Part shown: one piece after another, positions 11,405 through 24,399 of the stretch | Layout: each line of letters starts with the position of its first letter | How positions within the stretch are numbered: the stretch's first letter is position 1 | Assembly: GCA_035221665.1 (NCBI GenBank) | Contig: CM069131.1 | Span: 86,056,001-86,120,000, forward strand | Length of the DNA: 64,000 nt | Direction: 5' to 3' | Source: Okamejei kenojei | Taxonomy: Eukaryota | Program-made: the position numbers and the translations under genes | Notes under the pieces: generated by a model | What the model was told of the DNA's origin: nothing | Seen by the model: the letters and a program-made list of their open reading frames with translations, nothing else | Database searches by the model: none

Positions 11405-13567
11405 GTAAGTATTGTCAGTACCTGAACTTTAGTGCAACTTCCCAGTGAACTAAGGACTCTAATGTAGCCATTTGTATCACCACTTCAGGAAGTGAAAACA
11501 ATATTTCGCATTTATGTTCTTCATTTCGCTTTGGTACTAGATTCTTCCAGTATCAATAATGTTGCAATATTATTAGAATTGAGCCATATTGTCATAAAGG
11601 GTAAATTAAATGTGAAATATTGTAATTTAATGTTTAAAATATTTTTCAGTAATTAGCTGTTAATAAAGTTTTAAAATAGAATTTCAAAGATGCACTGTTT
11701 GTGCTTTTATGACTGACGTTTCATCAATTTTATGCACATGCATACTGTGCAGTTTTAAACAAAATCAATATTAATTTGTATATATGCAGCACTTAGCTTG
11801 ATGGCCATACAGGTTCAATGCCCCAGCAAGTCCTTAAAAATCTACTTTCCTCTTCCATTTCATGTGCTTTGGTCATCTGCCCTGTTATTCCTAGCTCTGT
11901 TCATTTTTTAAAATCTGACGGGACACATCACAATGAGTTTTAGGAAGATTTGCTATGTTGCAATTGCTGTATAAATATGTTGTTGGCATCATGAAAAGAA
12001 CAATTAAATCTGTACAATGGTTGATACTGTGCACTTTCTCAGACTAACTCTTAAGGGAACAACTTGTCATGATATAATTTGTATGTCAAATCACATGATG
12101 GAAATATCCAGAATTAATACTACATTGCTCTTTAAATCTATGTCAAAATATTGCAGTCGATCCCATGGGATGTTACTCTTGTGGCTCAGGGAATGGATTA
12201 TTATATTTGCATTACTTATAATATTTAATTTCTTGAGGCTCTTGAGCACCGTATTTGTCAATGCATTGGACAGGGGATCAAAATGGAGCAACAAAAAGAG
12301 GCTCACGGATGAAATGCCACTACTTGAGGCCTAAGCATCGTGGATAAGGGCACCAAGCTAACCACTGCATGAATTTAAGTGAGAGCTGACTATCTAGGAC
12401 CTTTCAAGGCGGGGATTGAGGCATGAAGGGTATTTCTCGGTGTGTTTTTGCCTGCTTTAACCCAGTTTATTCCAAGTACATTATTTTGCTGTCTTATTTT
12501 TAATCGGTGTATAATTATCTCATTTGAGCATATTTTGTTTATTGCCATGTTTGCGTCTGTCTAGGTGTATTTTGCTTTTGAGCTTGATGACACTATCAAC
12601 CCAAGTCTCAGGGCATTAACTCAATTTTACTGATGTATTTCCCTCATTTAGCCCCTTTTGAGATATTTACAAAGGTTATCAGTGCACATATGTTGATAGA
12701 GATTTGCTCCAGTTCGAGTGTATTTACAAAATTTAGCCCCAGTCCAAGACTTTGATTTCCTGAGCCTAGGTCTACACATATTTACCCAATTTGGCTACAG
12801 ACTAGTTGTCATTACCCAGCTTGACATGGAATTAGGAGTATTAGCACAGTGATTCCTTGCACAGGGGGTTTTATGTTGGTAAGAATACTGGGTATGTGAA
12901 GCAGTATAAGGACGTGAATGAATGTGATACTGTCAATGAAGAAAGGTGTCATCACGGCTGCAACTGATGATCTTCCAGGGATGTGTAGACACAGGTAGAG
13001 AGGTGGAATTGTTTTATGTTTGTGACTTGGAGAATGTTTTATGTGTAAATTATGAGGTAATATTATAAATGCACAAACTGTTGTTGCAACTGGAAATAGG
13101 CTTACAATATTTCTCAGCTGTTGAATGTATGGTGAGATTCAATGGCGAACACTCGGTACAGAATAAAGACCGTCTCTAGCATTTATTGACAACTACAAGC
13201 TCACAGTATGCCTCAATGAAGTATGTTCGTAGTATGACTGATGTAAGGTGGCAGACAATTTTCTCACAGCAAGGTTCCACAAACAGCATTATTGTAATGA
13301 TTGAACATTTTCTAATTGAAATTTGCTGAGGGATAAGTCCTGGGTAGGGCAGTGTCTGAAATTCTCCACAAGGTTTGCAATGAAACATGGAGCGGATTTC
13401 TGTGGGGTCTCCTTTCATGGAAATGATGTCAATGGCTGTGCCTGTTCTGTCTGATTTTCCACTGACTATTTGATGGAAGCCTTGTAGAAGTCCAAGTATT
13501 TCTGTGTGAGGCATATGTATAACACTGGTTGGGATCAATGAAAGTGTGTGAAAAGTCGCAGTGAAAT

Positions 13568-14215
13568 GTAGACACAGGATCTGCAGATGCTGGAATCTTG
13601 AGCAAAGTACACGAAGTGCTGGAGTAACTCAGCAGTTCAAGCAACATATCTGGAGAACATGGATAAGCAATGTTTTGGGTCAGGACTGATTGTGGTGGGG
13701 GTGTGGGGTTGAAACTGGAGGAGAGATGAGGGGCGGGACAAAGCCAAACCGATGATAGGTGAATACAAATGAGTGAGTTTGATTGGCAGATGGGTGGACA
13801 AAGGCCAGAGGTGCAAACGAGAGAAGGCTGTGAGATGAGAGAGTGATGTGAATTGAGGTGAGATGAAGGGTTGCGGAGGGGAGGGGGGGAGGGATGAGTT
13901 GGATAGAATGAGAAATGTGCTGCAAATCATGCTGAGGCACAGGAGGAGGAGGATGAGTGGGGGGGGAGGGTGAAGAAAGGGGGGGGGGGGGGGGGGGGGA
14001 GTGGGAATGTTGGCCAGTTACCAAATATTAGACAATTCAATGTTATACCATTGGTTTATAAGCTACCCCAGCAGAATGTGAGGTGGATGCTCCTCCAGAT
14101 TGCATGTGGCCTTACTCTAGCAATGGAGGAGCCCAGGAACAGAGAGATTAGTGTGGGAAGGGTAGTTACACTGGTTTGCAAGCAGGTGATCCAGCAGGCC
14201 TCGGCAGACCGAGCG
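13568..14215 (-). mobile_element. PLE 3' fragment with GIY-YIG C-terminal remnant
   Basis: gatgctggaatcttgagc...gctggagtaactcagc tail, purine-rich UTR with a G-run, and a degenerate reverse-strand LEExHLxFCWGSL...NIE motif at ~14030-14130. Confidence 0.7.
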
Positions 14216-15899
14216 TAGGTGTCACAGCGAGGCCAGTTCACTGAATGGATTTTCAAAGCTTTGATTCTGCTATGTTCAACCTCATTCTTCTACTCCATTC
14301 CCAGTCTCCCAGAGCAGGTTGCTGTGCAGACATTAGCCCTATTTAGAAACTCGTCTTTCTTGTATCGAAATATAGCTGTACCAATGCAGTTTATCAGGGT
14401 GTTTCCAGCAGCAAGGTTTGTTACACAAACTGTGGAATGTGATCAAACAAAACTGAATTTTATTTTGTATAAACAATTAATATGTTGTTACTTGGGTGAT
14501 TTCCTAGTTACCACCAGTATTTCTAGTTATTAAAGAATATTAAATCAGTATGTCAAATGTGTTGAGAAAATATATGAGACGATATTAAAAAAATAACTTG
14601 TTTCATCCCTCCTGAACTGCTCAATTACAGTTCATCTAATAACATAATTTCGCTTATCCTTTTTGTAAGACTACACAGAATGAAAACTCAAAACTGAAAT
14701 GTTACTTGCTGTTCATAACCTCAGCTGAAGCTTGATTTAACCTCGTGTAGTACAGATGAGGTTTGACATATGCGTGTTCCTGTCAGAAATGGATGTGTCT
14801 TCATTCATAGCACCTCGGGAAACTCCAGCATACTAATTGTCTCCCCTGAACCAGAACCCACCATCCCATGTGAATGCACCGAATATTAGCTTAGAAATAC
14901 AATTACCTCAGTAAGAGTGGCGTTTTGTATTGGTGTTCAATGCCTAGTTTGCTTCACATTGGCTGCCTCAATGGTTGACAGTGATCTATAGCCGGCAGGG
15001 GCCGGCCATAGTGCGAGAGATCAGGCTTCACTTCAGCTGTGGAATGTGATTCAGCGCCGAGCCCCCTCTGTCGGTCACAGCTGTCAGCCCCAAAGCAAAT
15101 ATTTCATATTTGTTAGGAATAAGCTGCGGAAATTCCCATTGTTAGTGGCTGTCAAGTCAACCTGACGTGAAGACATTGTTATCTGACAAGCAATTTATCT
15201 TTAAGTGCCTGTGGAATCTGCAAGAATGTTCCCTTGAAGTTTGTATTAACCTGTAAATGAATTTCCTGTCATATTCCTTTCCATTCACTTTGAGAAAAAA
15301 ACAAATTGGAATTTGCTTTCCAGAGATGCTTTGTAAAGGCGCGCTTGGTTTGGTTCACTTAAATGCAAAGCCTGCGCAAAACATGGGCAAAATGATCCCA
15401 CCACTCCTTTACAGAGCAGATTCCCGGACCTTGACTGTGACATCAAGGGTAGGGTGCAGAGAGCAGGCTAGACTGTTCCCCACAGGAGGGAGGGAGCCTC
15501 TGCTGCCAAGTCAACTCTTACTAGCAGCCCCTGCAAAGTGGATGAAGAGAATTAGTGTTTACTTCGGAAATGAAGAATAGTATCCATCATCTGTGGTCAC
15601 TCAAAACGAGAATGACTGTCCTATCTACATAGGGTCATCTACTTGTGGGTCTGCAGATGCCGATCCTTGATCCACATACCTTGGTGCAACGTGGGCAGTG
15701 GAGACTGGCGGTGGTAGTTAGTCGTCGAGCCCTCTTCTCTCTCTCTCTCTCTCTCTCTCCCCTTACGGTGCTGTTGCTTTGTCTCTGCGACATGGCACAG
15801 ATCCATTTAGTAACATGCAGCTCCTTCCTGCATGGATTTCCTCCAGGAGTGCCTGTCCAGTGCAATGTGCTCATTACCAACAGCATCTCAGCAGTTCAT

Positions 15900-15927
15900 C
15901 TGAAGAAGGGTCTCGACCCGAAACGTT
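15900..15927 (+). ncRNA. Minimal hammerhead ribozyme motif, sense to SLIT2 pre-mRNA
   Basis: CUGAAGA-A-GGGU(CUCG)ACCC-GAAA-CGUU. Confidence 0.65.
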
Positions 15928-15991
15928 GCCTATCTCCTTCGCTCCTTAGATGCTGCTGCACCCGCTGAGTTTCTCCAGCCTTTTGTGTACC
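15902..15991 (+). mobile_element. 90-nt hammerhead-bearing PLE-derived mini-insertion with 15-bp direct repeats
   Basis: Flanked by CTCAGCAGTTCATCT at 15887-15901 and 15992-16006. Confidence 0.8.
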
Positions 15992-16679
15992 CTCAGCAGT
16001 TCATCTATCTTTTTTTAATCTGACGTAGAATATAGAATTGTGCAGCACAGGAACAGGCCCTCTGTCCATAATGTCTGTGCTGAGCATGATGCCAAGACCA
16101 CCTATATCTACCTACAGAGCAATACAAAATTAAGTCCTTCCAGCTGGATATTGTGCAGCGATCGGAATGTAGGCCTAGTTTATTCTTTGGCAATATATTT
16201 AAGTTCAATTATGGCGAAGAGAAGTAGGATCAAAATGGGAAGCTGGCAGGATGATGAGGAGGGTGGGGGAGTGGCAGTTTACTGTATGTTAATACAATAA
16301 AAGAAAGAATGCAATAAAATTATCATGGGTCTGGAATGTATCAGATCTGTAATGTCACTGGCCCATAGTCATTCTGGGCCAGAATACTATTGTTCAAGCC
16401 TGCTCTGTTTTTTACTGTGGATTGCTTCTGTGTGTATACAGTAATGAACATCCTTCTGTCATTCTCCCCTGTGCATCACCCATGTTACCACAGCAGATTA
16501 TTAAATAGGACATCAAAGGGGAAAGTCATCTGAGGCAACTTCATTTATTTACGTGACTTTTGTTTCACTTAAATATCATTCAGGGTGCACCTGGTCTTTT
16601 GAAACTTTATTTTTCTAGAAGCAGTTTTAATTGTTCTTCACCCACCCCACACCTTGTTGTTTTGGAACCATGTTTTGAG

Positions 16680-17480
16680 TGCATTTTCATAGAATTATAC
16701 AGCACTCTAAACTGTAGTGCCTATAGTCCACCAAGTTCATGCTGACCATCAGTTACCCATCAACACTAATCCCATTTACAATTGATCCATAGCCTTCGAT
16801 GATTTAGCAATTCAAGTGCTTGTCTGAATACTTATTGCATGCTGTGAGAATACCCGTCTCCACCATCTACTTGGGCTGTGTTTAAGATTCTAGCCACCCT
16901 CTAGTTGAAAAAAAAAATCATCCTCTTGAGCCCTTGGAAATATCATCCACCTTGTCCTGAATGTTTGCCTCCGAGAAGCTGACATCTCTGTTATGGGGAA
17001 CAGCTTTCTGCTGTCTGTATTCTCATAATTTTTATATCCCAATTAGGTCACCTTACCATCCTCCCCCATTCCAAGAAAAACATAGCCAGTTGGTCCTTCC
17101 TCATGAATGGAATTATCCATCCTAGACAACATTCTGGAAATTCTCCTTCATACCTTCTCTACTGCAATCATATCCTTCCTATGGTGCGTTAACCAGGGCA
17201 GTGTACAGTTCTCCAAGTGTTGCCTAAACAATGTTTTAGAAAGCTGTGTCAGTCTTTCTGCTGATGCCCTGGTCTATGCCCTGGCTAATGAAGCCTAGTA
17301 GCCCATGTTCCTTTTCCACTACCTTATCTAATTGTGCTGCCACCGTCGGGGATCATTGGATTTGTACAACAAGGTCTCTCGATTCCTGTTCTTCGGTGCT
17401 CTCTAGAGGTCCACAATTCATTATGTATGTCCTACCCTCATTAGTTCTTGCAAAGTGCATCACCTCACATTTATCAGAAT
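16680..17480 (-). mobile_element. Degenerate CR1-clade LINE fragment
   Basis: Reverse complement of CR1 RT C-terminal and tail motifs (ccaccctct...gaaaaa, tccaagtgttgcctaa, aagtgcatcacctcacattt). Confidence 0.6.
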
Positions 17481-19449
17481 GAATTACTTTGAAGCACAGA
17501 CAGAAGCTGGAATCTCGTACCACTGCTGCTTAGCTGCATGTGTGCTTCTAGCTAGTTTACCTTGATAAATGTGGTCATTCTGAATATCGGAGCCAAGCAT
17601 GAATTGTGTTGCCTAACGTTCATGCAAATGTTTAACAGCATGAACAGCAGGGATCCTAGGAAGGCATAAAAGAATTGAGAAACTAACTATAGATGCTGGA
17701 ATCTTGAGCAGAACAAAGTGCTGGAGTAACTCGGTGTATCGGGCAGCATCTGTTGAGGGAGCAGACTGGTGATGTTTCCGATCAGAACTCGTGATAGGTT
17801 GATAACTGCAGGAGAGCTAAGGAGAGGTAGTAAGAGGGGGTCTCACAGAACTCTCATTAGAAAGAGAACGTCTTCAAAGTAGTTATACATGGAAGGGATC
17901 TTGCAGTGGAGGAAATGCAGCCTGAATGCAGGTTTATTCCGAAGTGTGATCAGTGGAATGAGGTAAAGGTAAACGGGACTTCCCTTGGGTATTGGAAAAT
18001 TGCCGTTAATTTCCCCCATGTGATACAAATGCAAACAAAGGATGGCAAGAACCTGTTGTCCGTGTTCTTTCCTTATTTTCAGTTGCATAGCCTCCATGCT
18101 TCCAGTAAAGTGCTACTCCTTTATTGGAAGACTTGTCACCATTAGTTCTGTCTTCAGTGCCATCAGAGGAGTTGTTGGCAGGGATTCACGTCGCATAGCC
18201 TACCTGTAATGTGCAGTGGTTTTGAAGCAAGTTGCAGAAGATTATCTCGTGCTGGATGTGTAGTTAATAAAATAATTAAATGTACAAAATGTATAAAAAC
18301 ATAAAAATTAGACGCAAATAATAATTTAATATTTATAGTATCCATCTCTGTTTGGAGGTATTCCGGGAGGTCCATCAAATGATCTTGTGACTCCAGCTAC
18401 CTAACCCAGTCAAACAGCTTATGTCCCAACATCTCTTGTACCTCTGCAATTAACGCAGACTATTTCAAATTCTTACAGAAATAATGTGCTCATGTTTATT
18501 TTGGGCTCCCTGTGGGTTTCCTTCTTGATACATGCAGCAGGCCCTGGAAAACTGATCTTTAATTCTTGGGACAACCCATAAGATGCTTCCTTAGTTAAAG
18601 AAAGAAGCTTGGCAAGGAAATGGGGGCACAGGGACGAGGAGTAAAATGTTGACGGAGACGCAAGTAAATAAAACGGAATGCGTGTCCTGAGAAACCAGAA
18701 ATTAATTTGATCTGACATCAATTTTAAAAAGCACTCAGTTGCGTCTGTCTATTAATCTGCTGCGTGTCTACTTGTTTCTGGTTATAATGGACCTTGAATT
18801 ATTTCTTTCAGAGCTTTAATGACTTTCTTTTATGTAATTTAGAAGTGTCAGACAGTCAATAGTGACAAAATAATCCAATTTTTTCTGCAAACAAAGGTTT
18901 CAAACCATTGTCTGAAGCTGCAGCAAATGCTGATGAGATGAAGACCTTGCTCACTTCGAAGAAACTAACAGATAGTGACAAATGGGGAGCCTTTCATGCA
19001 AAGGATAGAAAGTGCTCTATTGGTTACATGGTTTGCATTTAAATGCTGGTGCTTTACATCTTTTCTTTAGGCTGTCCCACGAGATAGAAGATGATTTGCT
19101 TCCAGTCGGATTTAGTGGGTCCTGAGCTGGCAAATGAGCATCGTGGGGATTGGGGTTCCTCCGCAGATGCGGCACGCGGAGGCCAGTTGGGCAAACAGGA
19201 GGATGGTTTACGAGATGGTCCAGTTCAGTCTTGAACAAAGGGGGGAACTGGCATGTGAGGGAGGTTGCAGTGGTAGGCAGTAGATGGGACTGTTCGGTGA
19301 ACTTCCGTAATTTTGTCGTGCCAAATGTGGTGACACTTTTATGCTGCCTAGCTGAGGTCTGCTATACAATTTTACAGCTTCGTATACCAAACACAGCATT
19401 TCACTGTACCTCAGTACATGTAACAATAAAATATGGTTGAATCAATAGC

Positions 19450-20580
19450 AGAGGAATGGACACATGCATGCTTCCAATGCATGGTATGCAGGTTCTCAAT
19501 TCTCCTTCACTCAGAGTGTCCATGGCTAGAAATTTCTAAGAGTCAGTGGAGGATGTTGCTTTTCTTCAAGGTGACTTGGAGCACATCCTTGAATCTTTCC
19601 CTCTGTCTTCCCGGTAATCTCAACCCATGCTAAAGCTTGGAGTAGTGTCGGTTTTGGGAGACTGGTGTCAGGCAGGTTAATGATGTGACTGCCCAATGTG
19701 GCTGATTTGTAACAAGAAACGACTCAAAGTACTAGAGTAACTCGGTGGGTCAAGCAGCATCACTGGCGAACCTGAATAGGACGTGTTGGATTGCGGCAGG
19801 GCAAAGCCAGGCAAGTGATAGATGGATAGACACAAAATGCTGGAGTAACTCAGCTGGAAAGTCTGCATCTCTGGAGAGAAGGAATGGGTGCTGTTTCGGG
19901 TTGGGACCCTTCTTCAGACTCTACCCGAAACATCACCCATTCCTTCTCTCCAGAGATACTGCCTGTCCTGCTGTGTTACTCCAGCATTTTGTGTTTATCT
20001 TCAGTTTAAACCAGCATTTCTTCCTACGCATGTAATAGATGGATACAGGTGAGGGTTTTTTTACTGGCAGAAAGGTGGACAAAGGCCAGAGATAAGAAGA
20101 CAGAAGGCTGTGAGATAAGGAGTGAAATGTTAATCCAGAGGAAGGGATACAAGTGGAAGGTGAAAGGAGGGTGGGATAGTGGGTGAAATAGGTGCACATC
20201 CAGGTGGAGCACAGGGAAGAGGGGGGGTGGGGAAAGTGTTTGCAATTAGGGCTTTAATGCAGGGGTTGTTGGCACAGGGAAGGATGCCAATATTGCTTTG
20301 CTCATCCTTCCAGAAGACTTTCAGGATGTTGCAATGTTGGTGTTTGCTTGTTGTAGCCAGTAAAGGTTTTGGAAATGCATAGAAGGTGGGTTTCACTGTT
20401 GTCCAAGATTCTGTGATATATTTCTGCTGGGTCTGAGATCTTCATTTTCAAACACCCTTTTCCTCAACCTACTGAGAGCTGTGTTGACTGTGATGAATTG
20501 GACCATTGATTCTGTCCTCACCAAGAGATGGCTCCCAAGGTACAGGAAATGGCCCAGGCCTTCACCGTGAACCATTGTTG
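19450..20580 (-). mobile_element. RTE-clade LINE fragment interrupted by PLE elements (~19715-20240)
   Basis: Minus-strand HFLYLGSHLL and RLRKRVFENEDLR (RTE RT C-terminal motifs) and the HQHCxILKVFWKD segment. Confidence 0.65.
19829..20034. mobile_element. PLE-derived foldback element nested in another PLE copy
   Basis: Inverted arms gacacaaaatgctggagtaac / gttactccagcattttgtgtt; 11-bp direct repeat ATAGATGGATA at 19818-19828 and 20035-20045. Confidence 0.8.
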
Positions 20581-23500
20581 GAGAGCAGAGTGCTACGCTA
20601 CGGGCAAATTAGTTGGAGAACATATGTAAGCAGGTAAATAACAATATATTCAGTTTATGATTATAGGGAGAAAGGTGCTTTTTGGAAAGACAGGACTGCT
20701 ATTGAGGCATGCGGCTGCCTATATTGCTATTTAGCATTTCCCTCTTACTGGCTAAGTGGAATTAAATTTCCCTCTGGCTAAATGGTTTATTGCATTCTAG
20801 GCATCAGTTTAAGTATTCATCCCACGTGCTGAAGTTAATAAGTAGGCTAATTTTGGTAGGTCGGGAATGTTGTAGACCCAGCATTTCATGTGACTTTGAG
20901 TTTGTCAGTTGGTTTTCTGGATTTAGTAGTAAACTGTCACCAGAATAGAATTGGAGGACAGAACCAAGTACTTAAGTGCAAGTAAAAGAATTGTTTGAAT
21001 GTGGCAGAATTGCATGAATGATTAATGATCACTATCACACTGCATGTTCCTGATGGTCAGCCCTGTATACAGCATCGGTTTGACATCAGTGTTTAAATGG
21101 GAATTACCTTGTTGGAATGCATGATTGTAATCTAACGGAGATAAGGAGAATATTCTTAAAACGGGTCTGACTCTTTAAATTGTTTATGTAGGAGCGGCAC
21201 AAACAAGGGAACAGACCAAATCGCTCTTTAAAATTCCAAGGAGTTAAGTGAAATGTGGGAAGATTCTTGCTAAGATTGAAAATAAATGGCTCTGGAAGTA
21301 ATCTCGGCTCCGTCTCACTTTGAGATTAAGCATTGAGGCCAAAGAAAAATCATCCATTCTGGTGTAGGACCCACACACCTTTCCCTACCTCACACTCTGT
21401 AACAAGCTAAAAGTTTCTATCAGCAGAGATAAGCAATGTTCATCATTGAAGGCTGAAATGGCTACAAATAGAGAGGATTGGTGAAGAATAGCCTGAAACG
21501 AAATGTAACATTGTTTGCTATCAAAAAAGTATGTTGTGCACAGTGTGTATAATTATTGCCCTTTTTCTTCTGCAACATTGGTGGCTTTTGCATTAGAAAA
21601 AGGTGACAGTGTTCACTAGGATGTAACCACAATTGAATCAATGGATCTTATTTTGTACAGCTAATCCATTATTTGTCAGTCATACCTTGCGGTACAAATC
21701 GTCAGTGGGCATGTTGCTATAGAAACTCCTCAGAGGAAAGACCCTTGTAGGAAAGGAAATATTTCCTAATCTAATCAAATTCATTAAACAAATAAAGCAG
21801 CCAAACGATATTCCCAACTGCAGGAACTATCTTTGAAGTAGTGGGGAGGTCTCTGACTGCCCTACGGCTACAGATATGCATAGAGGTGAGAATAATTTCT
21901 TATCCTTTCTGGAGATGGTTGGCATTTTCTTTCATTATTGATAGCACAACATGAATTCTGAAGAATTCCAAAGAACACAGTGAGGTCAGGAAAAGTTTGC
22001 TTTATTTGTTACATAAGGCACAAAAAAATGCGTGGACTTTCTTTTTTTTTAAAAAAAAAAAAAAAAAAAACTTTTATGCCTTTAAGTTTTTGGGCCAGTT
22101 GCAGCCAGCTGGTGCTGTGAGCAGCTTGGCTCACTTTTGGATTTTCGCTTGGGTACAGTATGAATGGGAAGATGCTGGTACTGTTGATTGTCTGGTCCTC
22201 TGCTGGCACATTAATGATGCGAGACATCATTGAGCCCAGTGGTGGAGCAGAGGCTCACTATACAGGGTCCAGATTCACACCACATCAAGTCATGGAGAGA
22301 TAGTGTGGAAACAAGCCCTTTCGCCCAACCAGCCCACATGTGTCCTCAGCTTTAGACCATGGAGGGCTGACATATGGTGATCCTGTTTATGAGAACTGTT
22401 TCTCAAGCTGTGGCACAAGATAATGATGGCTTGATATTTTACTTTAATGATTTTAATATTCAATGCTATTTTTGGTTAAAATCATTGTTTCACTTTTTAA
22501 ATACCTTTGTCATTGTTTAAAACAAGGATAGTTACTGAATGTCAATAAATATCCAAGCCATTTAAAATTAGTTAAGGACCCTTTGTCAGCTGAGCTGACC
22601 TAAGTGATGAAGGCTTCCCAGGGAAGGGCTTCAGGCCATGTCTCCAGAGGATTAGTCACCACTCCAATCTCGTTTAGTCTTGGAGACCTGTGGAGTGTGA
22701 AAGGTCAGCTCATTTGGCTCTCCACATTCCTTGATTTGTTTAAGTTCTCTTTGGATGCGTTAGGCATAATAGTACTTAATATAAAACAAACTATATGCTT
22801 ACACCTTCTACCTGCAATTTATAACATTAAAGCCATCCTTGTAAAGTATTGACTATGGTTCAGTAGCCTTCCCTCTGGGTCAAAGCCAAATTGGTTGGAG
22901 CCCCTTTCCAGGATCTTGATTACAAAATCCAAAATGACAAGTCTCGGGGAATTGACCCAAAACATCACCTGTTCCTTTTCTCTTGCGATGCTGCCTGACC
23001 CGCTGAGTTACTCCAGCTTTTTGTGTCTATCTTTGGTGTATGACCAGCATCTGCAGTTCCTTCCTACACATGAAAATTCTAATGTACAATTGAGGAGATT
23101 TTTCAGCATGGGCAGCATCCATTGCCTTTAAACGGAATTGTGTTCTGGGGGTCATTTAGGATATCAGGGTTTTCCCCATGAAAGACATTGGTGAATCACA
23201 TGTGTGTTTTTTTTAATGACAATCTGGTAGCTTTTGTTATTATAGCAAGGACTAGTAGCCTTATTTCTACATTACCCTGCCTCATTGTGGGTTTCCTCTG
23301 GGTGCCCTGTGGTTTCCACCCACATACCAAACACATATGGTTTTGTAGGTTAATTGGCCTCTAAATTGCCCCTAACATGTAGGGAGTGGATGCCAAAATG
23401 GTATGACATTAGGGTGAACTTGTTAGTCAGTGTAGACTTGGTGGACAGAAAGGCCTATTTCCATGTTGTATCTTTCTGTCTGAAGAAGTGTTCCTTTTTT

Positions 23501-23639
23501 CCAGGGATGCTGCCTGATCCAGCATTTTGTGTCTATCTTCAATCAATAAATGGATTTGGATTGTACAGATGCCACGGTGGGATGTGAATTTAGATCTTGG
23601 GTTGTTCTCTGCTTTTGAAGCACTAGCCTAGTAAATTGA

Positions 23640-23942
23640 CCAATGCATCCCTGTCAGAGGTGTTGTATTGCAAATGAGCCCTCAAGTGAATGCCAGAGAT
23701 CTGATTGTAGCACAGGAGCTCTCCCCAGCTGGCCTGCTTTAGCAGTCAACAGATATTGCTAAAACAGACATGTTGATCATGATATCTTTGCTACTTGTGG
23801 CGCCTTGCCATGCACAAATAAGCCACCACATTTCCTGCATTACAACAATGCTGCACGTTAAAAATAAGGCATTGGCTTGAACGTTTTCCTCCATGTCCTG
23901 AGGTTTGTAAGACTTACGATATAAATGTAAATCTTTCTTTTC
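23640..23942 (+). mobile_element. Old DeuSINE (SacSINE1-like) copy
   Basis: Diverged match to the recalled Deu/L2-type 3' region: tgctacttgtggcgccttgccatgcacaaat...tttcctgcattacaacaatg...gtcctgagg...tataaatgtaaatctttctttt. Confidence 0.55.
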
Positions 23943-24399
23943 TCATGTAATATACAGAGTTCATGAGTACATTGGCAGAGGCATGGCAGCTTAAGGAATG
24001 CAAAGTTACATTCCTCATCAAGATAGCATTACAGCAGATGTTTGCAGTCATCTTTGAATGATCTGGGGGGGGGGGGGGGGGGGGGAACTGGTTAGAAAAC
24101 GTTGTTTATGTTACGAGAGGCTTGCACTCATTTCTCCCTGGACCCATGCAAGAGCAAGAACACGGGAATGGTGCAGGACAGCCAATGTCCTCAAACCTGT
24201 CCTGCCATCCATGGCAATAATGGTCGACCTCTCCAGGCCTTGGCTTCCAATCACCCTCAATTCATCGATCTTTCAAAAATATATCCGCCTCCATTTTAAA
24301 CACCTCCAGTGATTTAACCTCTACAGCCTTCCGGCGAGGAGATTTTGAGCCATTCACTACACTCTGTGGAAAGCAACCCAGTCTCACTTTAGTGATTAA

